Assembly: GCA_009914755.4 (NCBI GenBank)
Contig: CP068257.2
Span: forward strand, 11,264,001-11,328,000
DNA: 64,000 bases
Source: the human T2T-CHM13v2.0 reference genome, Homo sapiens
Direction: 5' to 3'
In this document: positions 52,501 to 64,000 of the stretch, in pieces
How the letters are laid out: every line of letters begins with the position of its first letter
Numbering within the stretch: position 1 is the first letter of the stretch
Notes under the pieces: generated by a model
Databases searched by the model: none
What the model was told of the DNA's origin: nothing
Seen by the model: the letters and a program-made list of their open reading frames with translations, nothing else
Made by a program: the position numbers and the translations under genes

Positions 52501-55500
52501 TATTCTCCTTTCCATTGAAGGCCTCAAAGCAGTCCAAATATCTATTTGCAGATTCTACTAAAAGACTGTTTCAAAACTGCTCTAGATAAAGTATGTTCAA
52601 CTCTGTGAGTTGAATGCAAACATCACAAAATAGTTTCCGAGAATGCTTCTGTCTAGTTTTTATGTGAAGATATTTCCTTTTCCACCCTAGGCCTCAAAGC
52701 GCTCCAAATGTACACTTGCTGATTCTGCAAAAAGAGTGTTTCAAACCTGCTCTATGAAAAGGAAGGTTCAACTCTGTGAGTTGAATGCACACATCACTAA
52801 GAAGTTTCTGAGAATGCTTCTGTCTAGTGTTTATGTGATGATATTCCCGTTTCCAACGATGGCCTCAAATTAGTCCAAATATCCCCTTGCAGATTCCTCT
52901 ATAAGAGTGCTTCAAAACTACTCTATGATAAGGTATGTTCAACTCTGTGAGTTGAATGCACACATCACAAAGTAGCTTCTCAGAATGCTTCTATCTAGTA
53001 TTTACATGAAGCTATTCCCTTTTCCAATGAAGGCCTCAAAGAGGTCCAAATTTCCACTTGCAGATTCTACTAAAAGAGTATTTCAAAACTGCTCTATGAT
53101 AAAGTCTGTTCAACTCCGTGAGTTGAATGCACACATCACAAAGCAGTTTCTCAGAATGCTTCTGTCAAATTTTTATGTTAAGGTATTTTCTTTTCAACTT
53201 TAGGCCTCAAAGCAATCCAAATGTCCACTTGTAGTTTCTGCAAAAGAGTGTTTCAAACCTGCTCTATCAAAATAAAGGTTAAACTCTGTGAGTTTAATGC
53301 ACACATCACAAAGAAGTTTCTGAGAATGCTTTGGTCTAGTTTTTATGTGAAGATACTCTCCTTTCCAACAAAGGCATGAAAGCAGTTCAATTACCCACAT
53401 GCAGATACTACTAAAAGAGTGTTTCAAAACTGCTCTGTGATAAAGTTTGTTCAACTCTGAGAGTTGAATGAAAACGTCACAAAGAAGTTTCTGAGAATGC
53501 TTCTGTGTAGTTTTTGTGAGAAGATATTCCGTTTTCCACCATTGGAATAGAAGCGCTACAAATGTCCACTTGCAGATCCTGCAAAAAGTGTGTTTCATAC
53601 CTGCTCTATGAAAAGGAAGGTTCAACTTGGTGAGTTAAATGCACGCATCACAAAGAAGTTTCTGAGAATGCTTCTGTCTAGTTTTTGTGTGAAGTTATTT
53701 CCTTTCCCACCATATGCCTCAAAACTCTCCAAATGCACACATGCAGATTCTGCAAAAAGAGTGTTTCAAACGTGCACTATCAAAAGTTCATCTCTGTGAG
53801 TTGAATGCACACATCACAAAGAAGTTTCTGAGAATGCTTCTGTCTAGTTTTTATGTGAAGGTATTCCTGTTTCTAATGAAGACCTCAAATCGGTCCAAAT
53901 ATCCACTTGCAGATTCTCCAAAAAGAGTGTTTCAAAACTGCTCTATGATAAGGAAAGTTCAACTGTGTCAGTTGAATGCAAACATCACAAAGAAGTTTCA
54001 TAGAATGCTTCTGTCTAGTTTTTATGAGAAGATATTTCATTTTCCACAATAGGCCTCAAAGCACCCCAAATGTCAAGTTTCAGATTCTACAAAAAGAGTG
54101 TTTCAAACCTGCTCTAGGATAAAGTATGTTCAACTCTGAGAATTGAAGGCAAACAACAAAAAGAAGTTTCTGAGAATGCTGCTGTTTAGTATTAATATGA
54201 AGATATTTCCTTTTCCACCATAGGCATCAAATCGCTCATAATGTCCACTTGCAGATTCTGCAAAAAGAGTGTTAAACCTGCTCTATCAATAGAAAGGGTC
54301 AACTCTCTGAGTTGAATGCACACATCAAAAAGCATTTTCCTAGAATGCTTCTGTCTAGTTTTTATGTGAAGAAACTACTGTTTCCAGGGAAGGCCTCAAA
54401 GCTGTCCAAATATCCACTTGCAAATTCTACAAAAAGAGTGTTTCAAATCTGCTCCATCAAAAGAAAATTTCAACTCTGTGAGTTGAATGCACACAGCACA
54501 AAGAAGTTTTTGAGAAAGCTTCATTGTGTGAAGATACTCCCGTTTCCAACGAAGACCTCAAAGCAGTCCAATTATACACTTGCAGATACTACAAAAAGAG
54601 TGTTTCAAAACTGATCTATGATAAAGTATGTTAAACTCTTGAGAGTTGAATGCAAAAGTCACAAATAAGTTTATGAGAATGCTTCTGTCTAGTTTTTATG
54701 TGAAGATATTTCCTTTTCCTCCATAGGACACAAAGCACTCCTAATGTCCACTTGTAGATTCTGCAAAAGAGTGTTTCAAACCTGCTCTATAAAAAAAAAA
54801 GGTTCAACTCTGCGAGTTGGATACACACAGCACAAAGAACTTTCTGTGAAAGCATCATTATGTAAAGATACTCCCGTTTCCAACGAAGGCCTCAAAGCCC
54901 TCCAATTATCCACTTGCAGATACTACTAAAAGAGTGTTTCAAAACTGCTGTATGATAAAGTATGTTAGACTCTGAGAGGTGAATGCAAACGTCACAAATA
55001 AGTTTATGAGAATGCTTCTGTCTAGTTTTTATGTGAAGATATATCCTTTTCCACCATAAGCCTCAAAGAGCTCCACATGTCCACTTGCGGATCCTGCAAA
55101 AAGAGTGTTTCAACCCTGCTCTATGAAAAGGAAGGTTCAACTCTGTGAGTTGAATGGACACATCAAAAAGTAGTTTCTGAGAATGCTTCTGTCTAGTTTT
55201 TATGTGAAGATATTGCAGTTTCCAATGAAGGCCTCAAAGCGGTCCAAATATCCACTTGCAGATTCTACGAAAATAGTGTTTCAAAACTACTCTATGAAAA
55301 GGGAGGTTCAACTCTGTGAGTTGAATGCAAACATCACAAAGAAGTTTCTGACATTGCTTCTGTCTAGTTTTTATTTATAGACATTTCCTTTTCCACCATA
55401 GGCCTCCAAGCTCTCCAAATGTCTGCTTGCAGATTCTACAAAAAAAGTGCTTCAAACCTGCTCTATCAAAAGAAAGGTTCAATTTTGTGACTGGAATGCA

Positions 55501-58500
55501 CACATCACAAAGAGGTTTCTGAGAATAATTTTGTCTAGTGTTTATGTGAAGATATCCCCTTTTCCAACGAAGGCCTCAAAGCGGTTCAAATATCCACTTG
55601 CAGATTCTACAAAGAGAGTGTTTCAAACCTGCTCTATCAAAAGGAAGGTTCAACTCTGTGAGTTGAATGCACACAGTTCAAAAAAGTTTTTGAGAAAGCT
55701 TCTGTCTAGTGATTATGTGAAGATATTCCCCTTTCCAACAAAGGTCTCAAAGTGGTCCAAATATTCACTTGCAGATTCTACAAAAAGAGTGTTTCAAAAC
55801 TGCTCTATGAAAAGGTGTGTTCAACTCTATGAGTTGAATGCAAACATCACAATGTAGTTCCTTAGAATTCTTCTGTCTGGTTTTTATTTACATATATTTC
55901 CTTATCCACCATAGGCCTCATAGCTCTAAAAATGTCTGGTGCCGATTCTACAGAAAGAGTGTTTCAAACATGCTCTATCAAAAGAAAGATTCAACTCTGT
56001 GAGTTGAATGCACATATCACAAAGAATTTTCGGAGAATGCTTCCGTCTAGTGTTTATGTGAAGACATTCCCGTTTCCAAAGAAGGCCTCCAAGCGGTCCA
56101 AATATACATTTCCAGATTCTACAAAAAGAGTGTTTCAAAACTGCTCTATCAAAAGAAAGGTACAACTTTGTGAGTAGAATGCACACATCACAAAGAAGTT
56201 TCTGAGCATGCTTCTCTCTAGTTTTTATGTGAAGATATTTACTTTTCCACCTCAATGCTCTCAAATGTCCACTTGCAGATTCTACAAAAAGAGTGTTTCA
56301 AACATGCTCTATCAAAAGAAAGTTTCAACTCTTGGGGTTGAATGCACACATCACAAAGAAGTTTCTGAGAATGATTCTGCCTGTTTTTGTGTGAACATAT
56401 TCCCGTTTCCAACAAAGGTCTCAAAGCGTTTCAAATATCCACTTGCATATTCTACGAAAAGAGTGTTTCAAAACTGCTCTATGGAAAGGTATCTTCAACT
56501 CTGTGAGTTGAATGCAAACATCATAAAGAATTTTCTGAGAATTCTTCTCTCTTATTTTTATATGAAGATATAACCTTTTCCACCATAGGCCTCAAAGCTC
56601 TCCAAATGTCAACTTGCAGATTCTACAAAAAGAGTGTTTCAAAGCTGCTCTATCAAAAGAAAGGTTCGACTCTTTGAGTTTAATGCACGCATGACAAAGA
56701 AGTTTTTGAGAATGCTTCTGTCTAGTGTTTATGTGAAGACATTCCCGTTTCCAATGAAGGCTTCATAGCAGTCCAAATATCCACTTGCAGATTCTATAAA
56801 AAGAGTGTCTCAAAATTGCTCCAAGGGAAGGTACCTTCAATTCTGTGAGTTGAATGCAAACATCACAAAGACGTTTCTGAGAACGCTTCTGTCTAGTTTT
56901 TGTGTGAAGATATTTCCTTTTCCACCATAGGACTCAAAGCTCTACAAATGTCCACTTGCAGATACTAAGAAAAAAATGTTTCAAACCTGCTCTATGAAAA
57001 GAGAGGTTCATCTCTGTGAGTTGAATGCACACATCACAAAGAAGTTTCTGAGAACGTTTCTCTCTAGTTTTTATGTGAAGATACTTCCTTTTCCACCATA
57101 GGCCTCAAAGCTCTCCAAATGTCCACTTCAGATTCTACAAAATGAATGTTTCAAACATGCTCTATCAAAAGAAAGGTTCAACTCTGTGAGTTGAATGCAC
57201 ACATCACAAACAAGTTTATGAGAATGCTTCCGTCTAGTTTTTATGTGAAGATATATCCTTTTCCACCATAGGACTCAAAGAGCTCCAAATGTCCACTTGC
57301 AGATCCTGCAAAAAGAGTGTTTCAACCCTGCTCTATGAAAAGAAGGGTTCAATTCTGTGAGTTCAATGCATACATCAAAAGTAGTTTCTCAGAATGCTTC
57401 TGTCTAGTTTTTAATGTGAAGATATTCCCGTTTCCAATGAAGGCCTCAAAGCAGTCCAAACATCCACTTGCAGATTATAAGAAAAGAGTGTTTCAAAATT
57501 GCTCTATGAAAAAGGAGGTTTAACTCTGTGAGTTGAATGCAAACATCACAAAGAAGTTTCTGAAAATGCTTCTGTCTAGTTTTTATTTATAGATATTTCC
57601 TTTTCCACCATAGGCCTGAAAGCTCTCGAAATGTGCACTTGCAGATTCTACCAACAGAGTGTTTCAAAGCTGCTCTATCAAAAGAAAAGTTCAACTCTGT
57701 GAGTTAAGTGCACACATTACAAAGGGGTTTCTGAGAATGCTTCTTTCCACGTTTTATGTGAAGATAGTTCCTTTTCCACTATAGACCTCAAAACACTCCA
57801 AATGTCCACTTGCAGATTCTACAAAAAGATTGTTTCAAAGCTGCTCTATCAAAAGAAAGTTTCAAATCCGTATGTTCAATCCACACAGCACAAAGATGTT
57901 TCTGAGAAAGCTTCTGTCTAGTGATTATGTGAAGATACTCCAGTTTCCAAGGAAGGCCTCAAAGCTGTCCAAATATCCACCTGCAGATTCTACTAAAAGA
58001 GTGTTTCAAAACTGTTCTAAGATAAAGTCTGTTCAACTCCATGAGTTGACTACACACATCACAAAGTAGTCTTAGAGAATGCTTCTGTATACTTTTTATG
58101 TGAAGATATTTCCTTTTCCACCGTAGGCATCAAAGGGCTCGAATTGTCCACTTGTAGGTTCTGCAAAAGAGTGTTTCAAACCTGCTCTATAAAAACAAAG
58201 GTTCAACTCTGTGAGTTTAATTCGCACATAACAAAGAAGTTTCTCAGAATGCTTCTGTCTAGTTTTTATGTGAAGCTATTTCCTTTTCCACCATAGGCCT
58301 CAAAGCAGTTCAAATGTCAACTTGTAGATACAAAAAGAGTGTTTCAAAACTTCTCTATGAAAAGGAAAGTTTAACTCTGTAAGTTTAATGAAAACACCAC
58401 AAAGAAGTTTCTGAGAATGCTTCTGTCTAGTTTTTATGTGAAGATATTTCCTTTTCCACCATAGGCCTCAAATCGCTCCAAATGTCCACTTGCAGATTCT

Positions 58501-59600
58501 ACAAAGAGAGTGTTTCAAACCGGCTCTATCAAAGGAAAGGTTCAACTCTGTAATTTGAATGCACACATCACAAAGGAGTTTCTGAGAATGCTTCTCTCTA
58601 GTGTTTATGTGTAGATATTCCTGTTTCCAATGAAGGCCACAAAGCGGTCTAAATATCCACTTGCAGATTCTACAAAAAGTGTGTTTCCAAACTGCTCCAT
58701 AAAAATGTATGTTCAACTCTGTGAGTTAAATGCAAACATCCTGAAGAAGTTTCTGAGAATGCTTCTGTCTAGTTTTTGTGTGAAGATATTTCCTTTTCCA
58801 CCATATGCCTCAAAGCTCTCCAAATGTCAACTTGCAGATTCTACAAAAAGAGTGTTTCAAACCTGCTCTATCAAAAGAAAAGTTCAACTCTGTGAGTTGA
58901 ACCTCACTAAGAGGTTTCAGAGAATGCTTCTGTCTAATCTTTATGTGAAGGTATTCCCGTTTCCAACGAAGGCCTCAGAGCGGTCCAAATATCCACTTAC
59001 GAAGTCTACTAAAAGAGTGTTTCAAAACTGCTCTATGATAAGATATGTTCAAATCTGTGAGTTGAATGCAAACATCACAAAGAAGTTTCTGAGAATGCTT
59101 CTGTCTAGTTTTTATGTGAAGTTATTTCCTTTTCCACCATTGGCCTCAAAGCACTGCAAGTGTCCACTTGCAGATTCTACAAAAAGAGTATTTCAAACCT
59201 GCTCTATCAAAAGAAAGGTTCAACTCTCTGAGTTGAATGCACACTTCACAAAGAAGTTTCCGAGAATTCTTCTGTCTGGTTTTTATGTGAAAATATTTCC
59301 ATTTCCACCATAGGCCTCAGAGCGATCAAAATGTCCACTTGCAGATTATACAAAAACAGTGTCTCAAAACTGCTCTATCAAAAAGAAGGTTCAACTCTGT
59401 GAATTGAATGCACACATCACAAAGAAGTTTCTGAGAATGCTTCTGTCTAGTGTTTATGTGAAGGTATTCCCATTTCCCCTGAAGGCCTCAAAGCACTCCA
59501 AATATCCACTTGCAGATTCTACAAAAAGTGTGTTTCAAAATTGTTCTGTCAAGAGGAATGGTGAACTCTGTGAGTTGAATCACAAATCACAAAGAAGTTT
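43501..59600 (-). repeat. Monomeric (non-HOR) alpha satellite with alternating A-type (tttccttttccaccataggcctc) and B-type (ttcccgtttccaacgaaggcctc) monomers; ~75-90% inter-monomer identity
   Basis: ~170-bp periodicity. ORF-track translations are similar but not identical between neighbours. Intact B boxes occur at e.g. 43,350, 43,850, 44,350, 45,040, 45,895, 47,090, 47,915, 49,265, 49,945, 51,995, 54,540, 54,870 and 58,955; many others are degenerate. Confidence 0.7.
50191..50528 (-). repeat. Recent tandem duplication of a single 169-bp monomer (2 mismatches in 169) inside the monomeric zone
   Basis: aagtgctctcataaggaatgttcaactctgtgaggtgaaagcaaacatcaccaagaagtttctgagaatgcttctgtctagtttttatgg[a/g]aagatattt[t/c]cttttccaccgtaggccttaaagcgctccaaatgtccacttgcagatcctacaaaaagagtgtctcaa at 50,191-50,359 and again at 50,360-50,528. 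Confidence 0.65.
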
Positions 59601-62600
59601 CTGAGAATGCTTCTGTCTAGTTTTTGTGTGATGATATTTCCTTTTCTAACATAGGCCTCAGAGCAGTCCAAGTATCCACTTGCAGATTCTACAAAAAGAG
59701 TGCTGCAAAACTGCTCTGACTAAAGGAATGTTCAACTCTTTGAGTTGAATGCACACATCACAAAGTAGTTTCTGTGAATGCTTCTATCTAGTTTCTGTGT
59801 GAACATATTTCCTTTTCTACCATAGGCCTCAAAGTGCTCCAAATATCCACCCGCAGATTCTACAAAAAGAGTGTTTCAAAACTGCTCTACCAAAAGGAAG
59901 TTTCAAGTCTCTGAGTTTAATGCACACAGCACAAAGAAGTTTCTCTGACTACTTCTGTGTTGTTTTTATTTAAAGATATTTCCTTTTCCAACACAGGGCC
60001 CAAAGGGCTCCAAATATCCACTTGCAGTTTCTTCAAAAAAGAGATTCTAAACTGACCAATCAAAAGATAGGTTCATCTCTGTGAGTTGAATGCATACATC
60101 ACAAAGCAGTTTCTCTGAATGGTTCTGTGTAGTTTTAATTAAAGATAATTCCTTTTCCACCATAGGGCACAAATGGCTCCAAATATCCACTTGTAGATTC
60201 TACAAAACCAGAGATTCAAAACTGCTCATTGAGAAGATAATTTCAACTCAGTGATTTGAATGTACACATCACGAAGAAGTTTCTTAGAATGCTTCTGTGC
60301 AGTTTTTATTGACGATATTTCCTTTTTCACCATAGGGCGCATAGGGCTCCAAATATCCTCTTGCAGAGTCTAGAAAAAGAGAAACTCTAAACTGCTCAAT
60401 CAACAGATAGGTTCAACTCTGTAAGTTGAATGCCCACATCACAAAGAAGTTTCTCAGAATGCTTCTGAGTAGTTTTTATGTGAAGGTGTTTCCTTTTCCA
60501 CAATAGGCCTCAAAGTTCTCCAAATATCCACTTGAAGATTCTACAAAAAAGGTGTTTCAAAACTGCGCAATGAAAAGAAAGGTTCAACCCTGTGAGATGA
60601 ATGCACATATCACAAAGAAGTTTCTCAGAATGCTTCTGTGTTGTTTTTATGTGAAGATATTTCCTTACCACTATGGGCCTCAGTGGGCTCCAAATATCCA
60701 CTTCCATATTCTACAAAAAGAGTGTTTCAAAACTGCTCAATCATGAGACAAAATTCATCCCTGTGAGATGAATTCACACGTCATGAAGTAGTTTCTCAGA
60801 ATGCTTCTGTGTAATTTTTATGTGAGGATATTTGCTTTTCCACAATAGGCCTCAAGGGGCTCCAAATATCCACCTGCAGATTCTGCAAAAAGAGAGGTTC
60901 AAAACTGCTCAATCAAAAGATACTTTCAACTCTGTGAGTTGAATGCACACATCACAAAGAAGTTTGTCTGAATGCTTCTGTGTAGTTTTTATTTCAAGAT
61001 TTTCCTTTTCCACCATAGGGCTCAAAGGGCTCCAAATATCCACTTGCAGATTCTACAAAAAGAGAGATTCAAAACTGCTCAATGAGAAGATAAGATCAAC
61101 TCTGTGAGTTGAATGCACACCTCACAAAGAAGTTTCTCAGAATGCTTCTGTGTAGTTTTTATGTGAAGATATTTCCTTTTCCACAATAGTCCTCAAAGCT
61201 CTCCAAACATCCACTAACAGATTCTGCAAAAAGAGAGATTCAAAACTGCTCAATCAAAAGGTTCAACTCTGTGAGTTGAATGCAAACATCACAAAGAAGT
61301 TTCTCAGAATGCTTCTGTGTAGTTTTTATGTGAACATATTTGATTTTCCACAGTAAGCCTCAAAAGGCTCCAAATATCCACCTGCAGATTCTGCAAAAAG
61401 AGGTATTCAAAACTGCTCAATCAAAAGATAGGATCAACTCTGTGAGTTGAATGTATATACCACAAAGAAGTTTCTCTGAATGGTTCTGCATAGTTTTATT
61501 TGCAGATATTTCCTTTTCCACAATAGGGTGAAAGGGCTCCAAACATCCACTTCCAGATTCTACAAAACAGAGATTGAAAACTACTCAATGAGAAGATAAG
61601 TTCAACTCAGTCAGTTGAATGCACACATCATGAAGAAGTTTCTTAGAATGCTTCTGTGTAGTTTTTATTGAAGATATTTCCTTTTCAACCATAGGGTGCA
61701 AAGGGCTCCAAATATCCACTTGCAGATTCTAGAAAAAGAGTGACTCTAAGTTGCTCAATCAAAAGATAGGTTCAACTCTGTGAGTTGAATGCCCATATCA
61801 CAAAGAAGTTTCTCAGAATGCTTCTGTGTAGTTTTTATGTGAAGATATTTCCTTTTCCACCATAGGCCTCAAAGCTCTCCCAATATCCACTTGCAGATTC
61901 TGCAAAGAGAGATTCAAAACTGCTCAATTGAAAGACAGGTTGAACTCTGTGAGTTGAATGCACACAGCACAAAGAAGTTTCTCAGAATGCTTCTCTGTAG
62001 TTCTTATGTGAACATAATTGATTTTCCACAGTAGGCCTCACAGCACTCCAAATTTCCACTTGCAGATTCTACAAAAAGAGAGATTCAAAACTGTTCAATC
62101 AAAAGATAGGTTCAACTCTGTGAGTTGAACGCATACATCGTGAAGAAGTTTCTCAGAATGCTTCTGTGTAGTTCTTATTTGAAGATATTTGGTTTTCCAC
62201 TGTAGGCCTCAAAGCGCTCCAAATATCCACTTGAAGATCCTACAAAAAGAGTGTTTCAAAACTGCTCAATCATAACCTAGGTTCAACCCTGTGAGATGAA
62301 TGCACACATCACAAAGCAGTTTCTCTGAGTGATTCTGTATAGTTTTTATTTGAGGATATTTCCTTTTCCATCATAGGGTGCAAAGGGCTCCAAATATCCA
62401 CGTGGATATTCTACCAAAAGATAAATTCAAAAATTGCTCAATGAGAAGATAAGTTCAACTCTGTGAGTTGAATGCACACCTCACAAAGTAGTTTCTCACA
62501 ATGCTTCTGCATAGTTTTTATGTGAAGATATTTGCTTTTCCACTGTAGGCCTCAAAGGGCTCGAAATATCCACCTTCAGATAGTGCAAAAAGAGAGATTC

Positions 62601-64000
62601 AAAACTGCTCAATCAAAAGATAGCTTCAACTCTGTGAGTTGAGTGCACATATCACAAAGAAGTTTCTCTGAATGCTACTGCATAGTTTTTATTTCAAGAT
62701 ATTTCCTTTTCCAACATAGGGCGCAAAGGTCTTCAAATATCCACTTGCAGATTCTACAAAAAGAGAGATTGAAAACTCCTCAAAGAGAAGATAATTTCAA
62801 CTCTATGAGTTGAATGCACACCTCACAAAGTAGTTTCTCAGAATGCTTCTGTGTAGTTTTTACGTGAAGATATTTCCTTTTCCACAATAGGCCTCAAAGC
62901 TTTCCAAACATACACTTGTAGTTTCTGCAAAAAGAGAGATTCAAAACTGCTCAATCAAAACGTAGTTTCAACTCTGTGAGTTGAATGCAAACATCACTAT
63001 GGTGTTTCTCAGAATGTTTCTGAGTAGTTTTTATGTGAAGGTATTTCCTTTTCCACAATAGGCCTCAAAAGGCTCCAAATATCCACTTGCAGATTCCACG
63101 AAGAGAGTGTTCCAAAACTGCTCAATCAAAAGAAAGTTTCAACTCTGTGAGATGAATGCACACATCGCAAAGGAGTTTCTGAAATTTCTTCCTTCTAGAT
63201 TTTATGTGAAGATATTTCCTTTTCTATCATAGGCCGCAAAGCGCTCCAAATGTCCACTTGCCGATTCTACAAAAAGGGTATTTCCAAACTACACAATCAA
63301 AAGAAAGTTTCAACTCTGTTAGCTCAACGTACACATCATAAAAAAGATTATCAGAATTCTTCTGTTTTTTTGTGTGAAGATATTTCCTTTTCCAACTTAA
63401 GCCTCAAGGTGCTTGAAATGTCCCCTTGCAGATTCTCCAAAAAGAGTATTTGAAAACTGGTTCTCCTAAAGAAAGTTGGAACTCCAGGGGATGAATGCAG
63501 ACATCACACAGAACTTTCTCAGAATGCTTCTATCTACTTTTTATGTGAAGATATTTCCTTCTCCACCACAGGCCTCAAAGCCCTGCCAAATGTCCACTTG
63601 CAGATCCTACAAAAAGAGAGTTTCCAATCTGCTCAATCAAAAGAAAGGTTTAACTCCGTGAGATTAATGCACGCATCACAAAGAAGTTTCTCAGATTGCT
63701 TCTGTCTAGATTTTATGTGAAGATATTTCCTTTTCTACCATTGGCCGCAAAGAGTTCCAAATGTCCACTTGCAGATTCTACAAAAAGAGTGTTTCCAAAC
63801 TACTTAATGAAAAGAAACGTTCAACTCCGTGAGATGAACACACTCATCACAAAGAAGTTTCTCAGAATTCTTCTAATTTTTATGTGAAGATATTTCCTGT
63901 TCCACCATAGGCCTGAAGACACTCTAAATGTCCGCTTGCAGATTCTACAAAAAGAGAGTTTCAAAACTGCTCAATCAAAAGGAAGGGTTATCTCTGTGAG
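59601..64000 (-). repeat. A-type-only monomeric alpha satellite (no CENP-B boxes), a distinct monomer class with signatures ctcagaatgcttctgtgtag / gagagattcaaaactgctcaat. A weak, decayed ~1.36-kb (8-monomer) periodicity is present at 60.0-63.2 kb.
   Basis: Every monomer carries a pJalpha-like ttccttttccac(c/a)atagg, and none has CCCG...CGAA. Monomer pairs separated by ~1,360-1,365 bp share private variants (60,200 vs 61,565: at-cac/g-gaagaagtttcttagaatgc; 61,055 vs 62,415: cacctcacaaag; 60,370 vs 61,735: gactctaa...gaatgccca). Confidence 0.55.

Larger units (their letters stand above)
1..64000 (-). repeat. Centromeric alpha-satellite DNA: a continuous tandem array of ~170-171 bp monomers across the entire window. 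The conventional consensus orientation lies on the minus strand.
   Basis: Monomers match the reverse complement of the alphoid consensus, e.g. 49,900-50,070 ...cttctgtctagtttttatgtgaagatattcccgtttccaacgaaggcctcaaagcggtccaaatatccacttgcagattctacaaaaagagtgtttcaaaactgctctatcaaaag... The ~170-bp periodicity is seen everywhere. CENP-B boxes (reverse complement) and pJalpha motifs alternate. The sequence is AT-rich. No period break or foreign insert was seen. Confidence 0.95.

Noticed and set aside
54775-54795. An A10 run (ctctataaaaaaaaaaggttc) as the poly-A tail of a retroelement insertion
   Set aside because: The monomer register and flanking alphoid sequence are uninterrupted; this is a short homopolymer expansion within a monomer.
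59601-64000. Possibly a different satellite family (HSat, beta or gamma) at the right end, because the sequence looks different
   Set aside because: It keeps the ~170-bp period and aligns to the alphoid consensus (ccaaatatccacttgcagattctacaaaaagag...caactctgtgagttgaatgcacacatcacaaagaagtttct...). It is an A-type alpha monomer class.
1-64000. A definite chromosome assignment (e.g. D21Z1/D13Z1 vs D8Z2)
   Set aside because: It cannot be decided from memory of the unit length and monomer number alone; it needs a database alignment. Only candidates are listed.

Overview
The whole 64-kb window is primate (human-type) centromeric alpha-satellite DNA: an unbroken head-to-tail array of ~170-171 bp monomers in a single orientation. 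The + strand is the reverse complement of the conventional alphoid consensus, so CENP-B boxes read as nCCCGnnTnnnnCGAAn and pJalpha motifs read directly as TTCCTTTTYCACCRTAG. I find no credible protein-coding gene, tRNA, rRNA, CRISPR array or transposon. The six-frame ORFs are stop-free translations of satellite monomers on both strands, and they recur with the DNA repeat period.

Architecture, left to right:
- 1-25,889: a very homogeneous 'live-type' higher-order repeat (HOR) array. The unit is 11 monomers (1,870 bp), there are ~14 copies at >99% identity, and each unit carries 5 intact CENP-B boxes. Blocks of 2 and 4 HOR units are themselves duplicated (3.74-kb and 7.48-kb super-periodicities).
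- 25,890-29,990: rearranged HOR variants with 7-, 8- and 5-monomer steps. They arose by unequal exchange between paralogous monomers inside the HOR. The same hybrid junction is present twice.
- 29,990-33,970: two tandem copies of a diverged 13-monomer (2,195-bp) HOR. A third partial copy lies at 39,861-41,260.
- 33,971-39,860: the canonical HOR resumes for about three units, one of them rearranged.
- 41,261-43,500: progressively decayed HOR relics.
- 43,501-59,600: monomeric alpha satellite alternating A-type (pJalpha-like) and B-type (CENP-B-box) monomers. Most B boxes are decayed, often CGAA to TGAA.
- 59,601-64,000: A-type-only monomers with a weak trace of an old ~8-monomer periodicity.

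The window therefore looks like the edge of a centromeric HOR array passing through older evolutionary layers into the pericentromeric monomeric flank. Chromosome assignment cannot be made from the sequence alone; the 11-mer 1.87-kb unit is compatible with known SF2-type 11-mer arrays such as D13Z1/D21Z1 or D8Z2. No previously undescribed protein-based system is supportable here. The worthwhile signals are structural: nested periodicities, recurrent hybrid HORs, the diverged HOR family, and the CENP-B-box decay gradient.
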